Virus record (IMG/VR): IMGVR_UViG_3300047476_002078
Location: 62,001 to 126,000 of that record
Reading direction: 5' to 3' (one strand)
DNA length: 64,000 bases
Below, piece after piece: positions 62,293 through 64,000 of this stretch. The position numbers and the translations under genes were made by a program. Position 1 is the stretch's first letter, and each line of letters begins with the position of its first letter. A model generated the notes under the pieces. It was not told the DNA's origin, did not search any database, and saw only the letters and a program-made list of their open reading frames with translations.

Positions 62293-64000
62293 AAACGTCT
62301 CTTGAATACAGCATGTTCGGAAATAACCGAACAGCGAGTGTAATATGAACAACAGGGAGCATTAGGAAATGAAAACCTCAAACTTTCAGGTTATAGAAAA
62401 TTGGATAGTGAATTGTCCTGAGTGTGATATGACAATGACTGCTCCGTTTAACGAAGATAACCCTATGCAGCCCATGAAAGTCTGTTGTGAATATTGTGCG
62501 GAATATTTTATTGTTACCTACGAAAGGGAATAGTTATGAAAAATTTAATACAGTCTTTTGAAGAATACAGAAAATCAAAGCCTGAATACTATGTAGGTTT
62601 AGACAAATATAGCATAGAACATGACTTACATGTGTGGTTAGACGCTATAAAGTGGCAAACTGGAGAAAATTACGATTCTCTCGAAGACAAGATAAGTCAC
62701 TTAAACGATCTTACTTATGAGTTAGAGCAAAACTATTTAGTGGAAAAAGAAAAGAATTTAAAATTAATTTCGGCTGTAAAATACGCTCTAGGCGTTTTAA
62801 ATTCAGGGCTTCCTATAAGTCCCAACAAAGACACTCACGATATATTAAAAAAGGCTATTGAATAAATGAAACAGGCTGAATGGAAGGATGCTATTGAATA
62901 TGCCATAAAAAGAGTAGAAGATATGCGAGAACTAGGCTCTATAAATGAAACTCAAGCATTACAAATTATCCACGCCATAAAAAATCCTACTTTTATTCCC
63001 TACATAGAAAATAAACAAAATAATGTTAAAATTACAAGTTCTGGAATTTCTGTAGAATCTTACAACAAAGAACTTATAAAACAAGAGTTGCTAAAAATAT
63101 CTAAAGCATAGCGTTATTGGAAACTATACAAACCGTAAATCATGCGGTAGATATTTTGCATGATATTCAAAACATTAGAAATAGACAATATTTACCGTAC
63201 AATCAAACGTGCCTCTAAGTGGCAACATAACTCTTATCATTGGAATGAAGAGTGGGATTGGATTGAGAAAGAACTTCAAAAAGCAGAAGACTTAATACTC
63301 AAGCAACAAGAAAAAATTCAAGACCTTGAAATGCAAAACATAGAATATCAAGAACGGTTTGATGACCTATTCAATTCTTTACCGAGGATAGATTAATGAG
63401 TGAATTCATAAACTACGTTATAAAAGATTATACCGAACATGATTTTTCTTCGACTTGGAAAACCAATAAAATCGTTCATGAAGATAATTTAGAATATCAC
63501 GCACAAGACATTGCAGAAGAACATTTTCAAGATGACCCTTGTAATCCAGAAGACTTTGAATGTGTTGTAGGCGTTCAATGGAATGGATACACAAAATGGT
63601 TCCAAGTTACTGCACAAATAGATGTTGATTTCTTTAGTGATGAAATTGAGTGCCCTTTGATAGATAAGGAAAATATATGAAAAAGATGATTATTGAAGTT
63701 AAAATTAATGAAGCTGATTTTGAGCATATTATGAAAGAAGATAATTTAACTCTCGAAGAAGCGATTCATCAAGAAATAGAAGATGGTAACTTAGACTTTA
63801 ATGAGTTGTGTTTCTATGACATTAAAATCGAAGACTTTGTAGCTCAATGAAATATCGAATAACTTATTACGAACCTTTAAGATGGGTTGATGAATACTAC
63901 ACAATATATGCCGAAACTGAAGAGGAAGCCAGAGAACACCTTAAAGTTTTATTGGCTACATATCCTCCGAAATATCACTCAAGTTATGTGAAAATAGAAA

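Noticed and set aside
1-64000. Stop-codon reassignment
   Set aside because: Genes tile densely under the standard code, and TAG, TGA and TAA all end genes at sensible boundaries.
1-64000. Many short antisense or nested ORFs in the track (e.g. 284-493, 7273-7617, 12918-13169, 24942-25498, 61854-62123)
   Set aside because: They overlap longer, RBS-supported genes and look like shadow frames of AT-rich DNA.
1-64000. Specific host assignment (e.g. Bdellovibrionota)
   Set aside because: The signal-peptide style and some cargo genes are suggestive, but nothing in the sequence alone establishes the host.

Overview
AT-rich, gene-dense accessory region of a large tailed bacteriophage, probably a jumbo phage. 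Most genes are short, co-oriented and hypothetical, and the standard genetic code fits. No capsid, terminase, polymerase or integrase gene is recognisable in this window. Recognisable cargo: four scattered tRNAs, three C5-DNA methyltransferases, three 2OG-Fe(II) oxygenases (one frameshifted), IMPDH-like, SpeD-like, MazG-like, DenV-like, GalE-like, flotillin, DctP-like and HNH proteins, and a PARP-type ADP-ribosyltransferase. The main finding is a probable protein-sorting system. About 16 otherwise unrelated proteins share a short Lys-rich amphipathic N-terminal leader ending near an Ala or Ser. Four of them, including the PARP, carry a second conserved 22-aa module (YxEYKKLHPxTKKxPxDPLF) right after the leader. 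The inference is a capsid-targeting/processing signal for virion-packaged, injected effectors. Also seen: a 17-bp GTGGAATCGGTATAGCC element in front of 8 genes, a recurrent TTTACnGTAAA operator-like palindrome, hairpins that bury start sites, and an iteron-like repeat region at about 20.9-22.8 kb. All family assignments are from motif recognition by eye, not from database searches.
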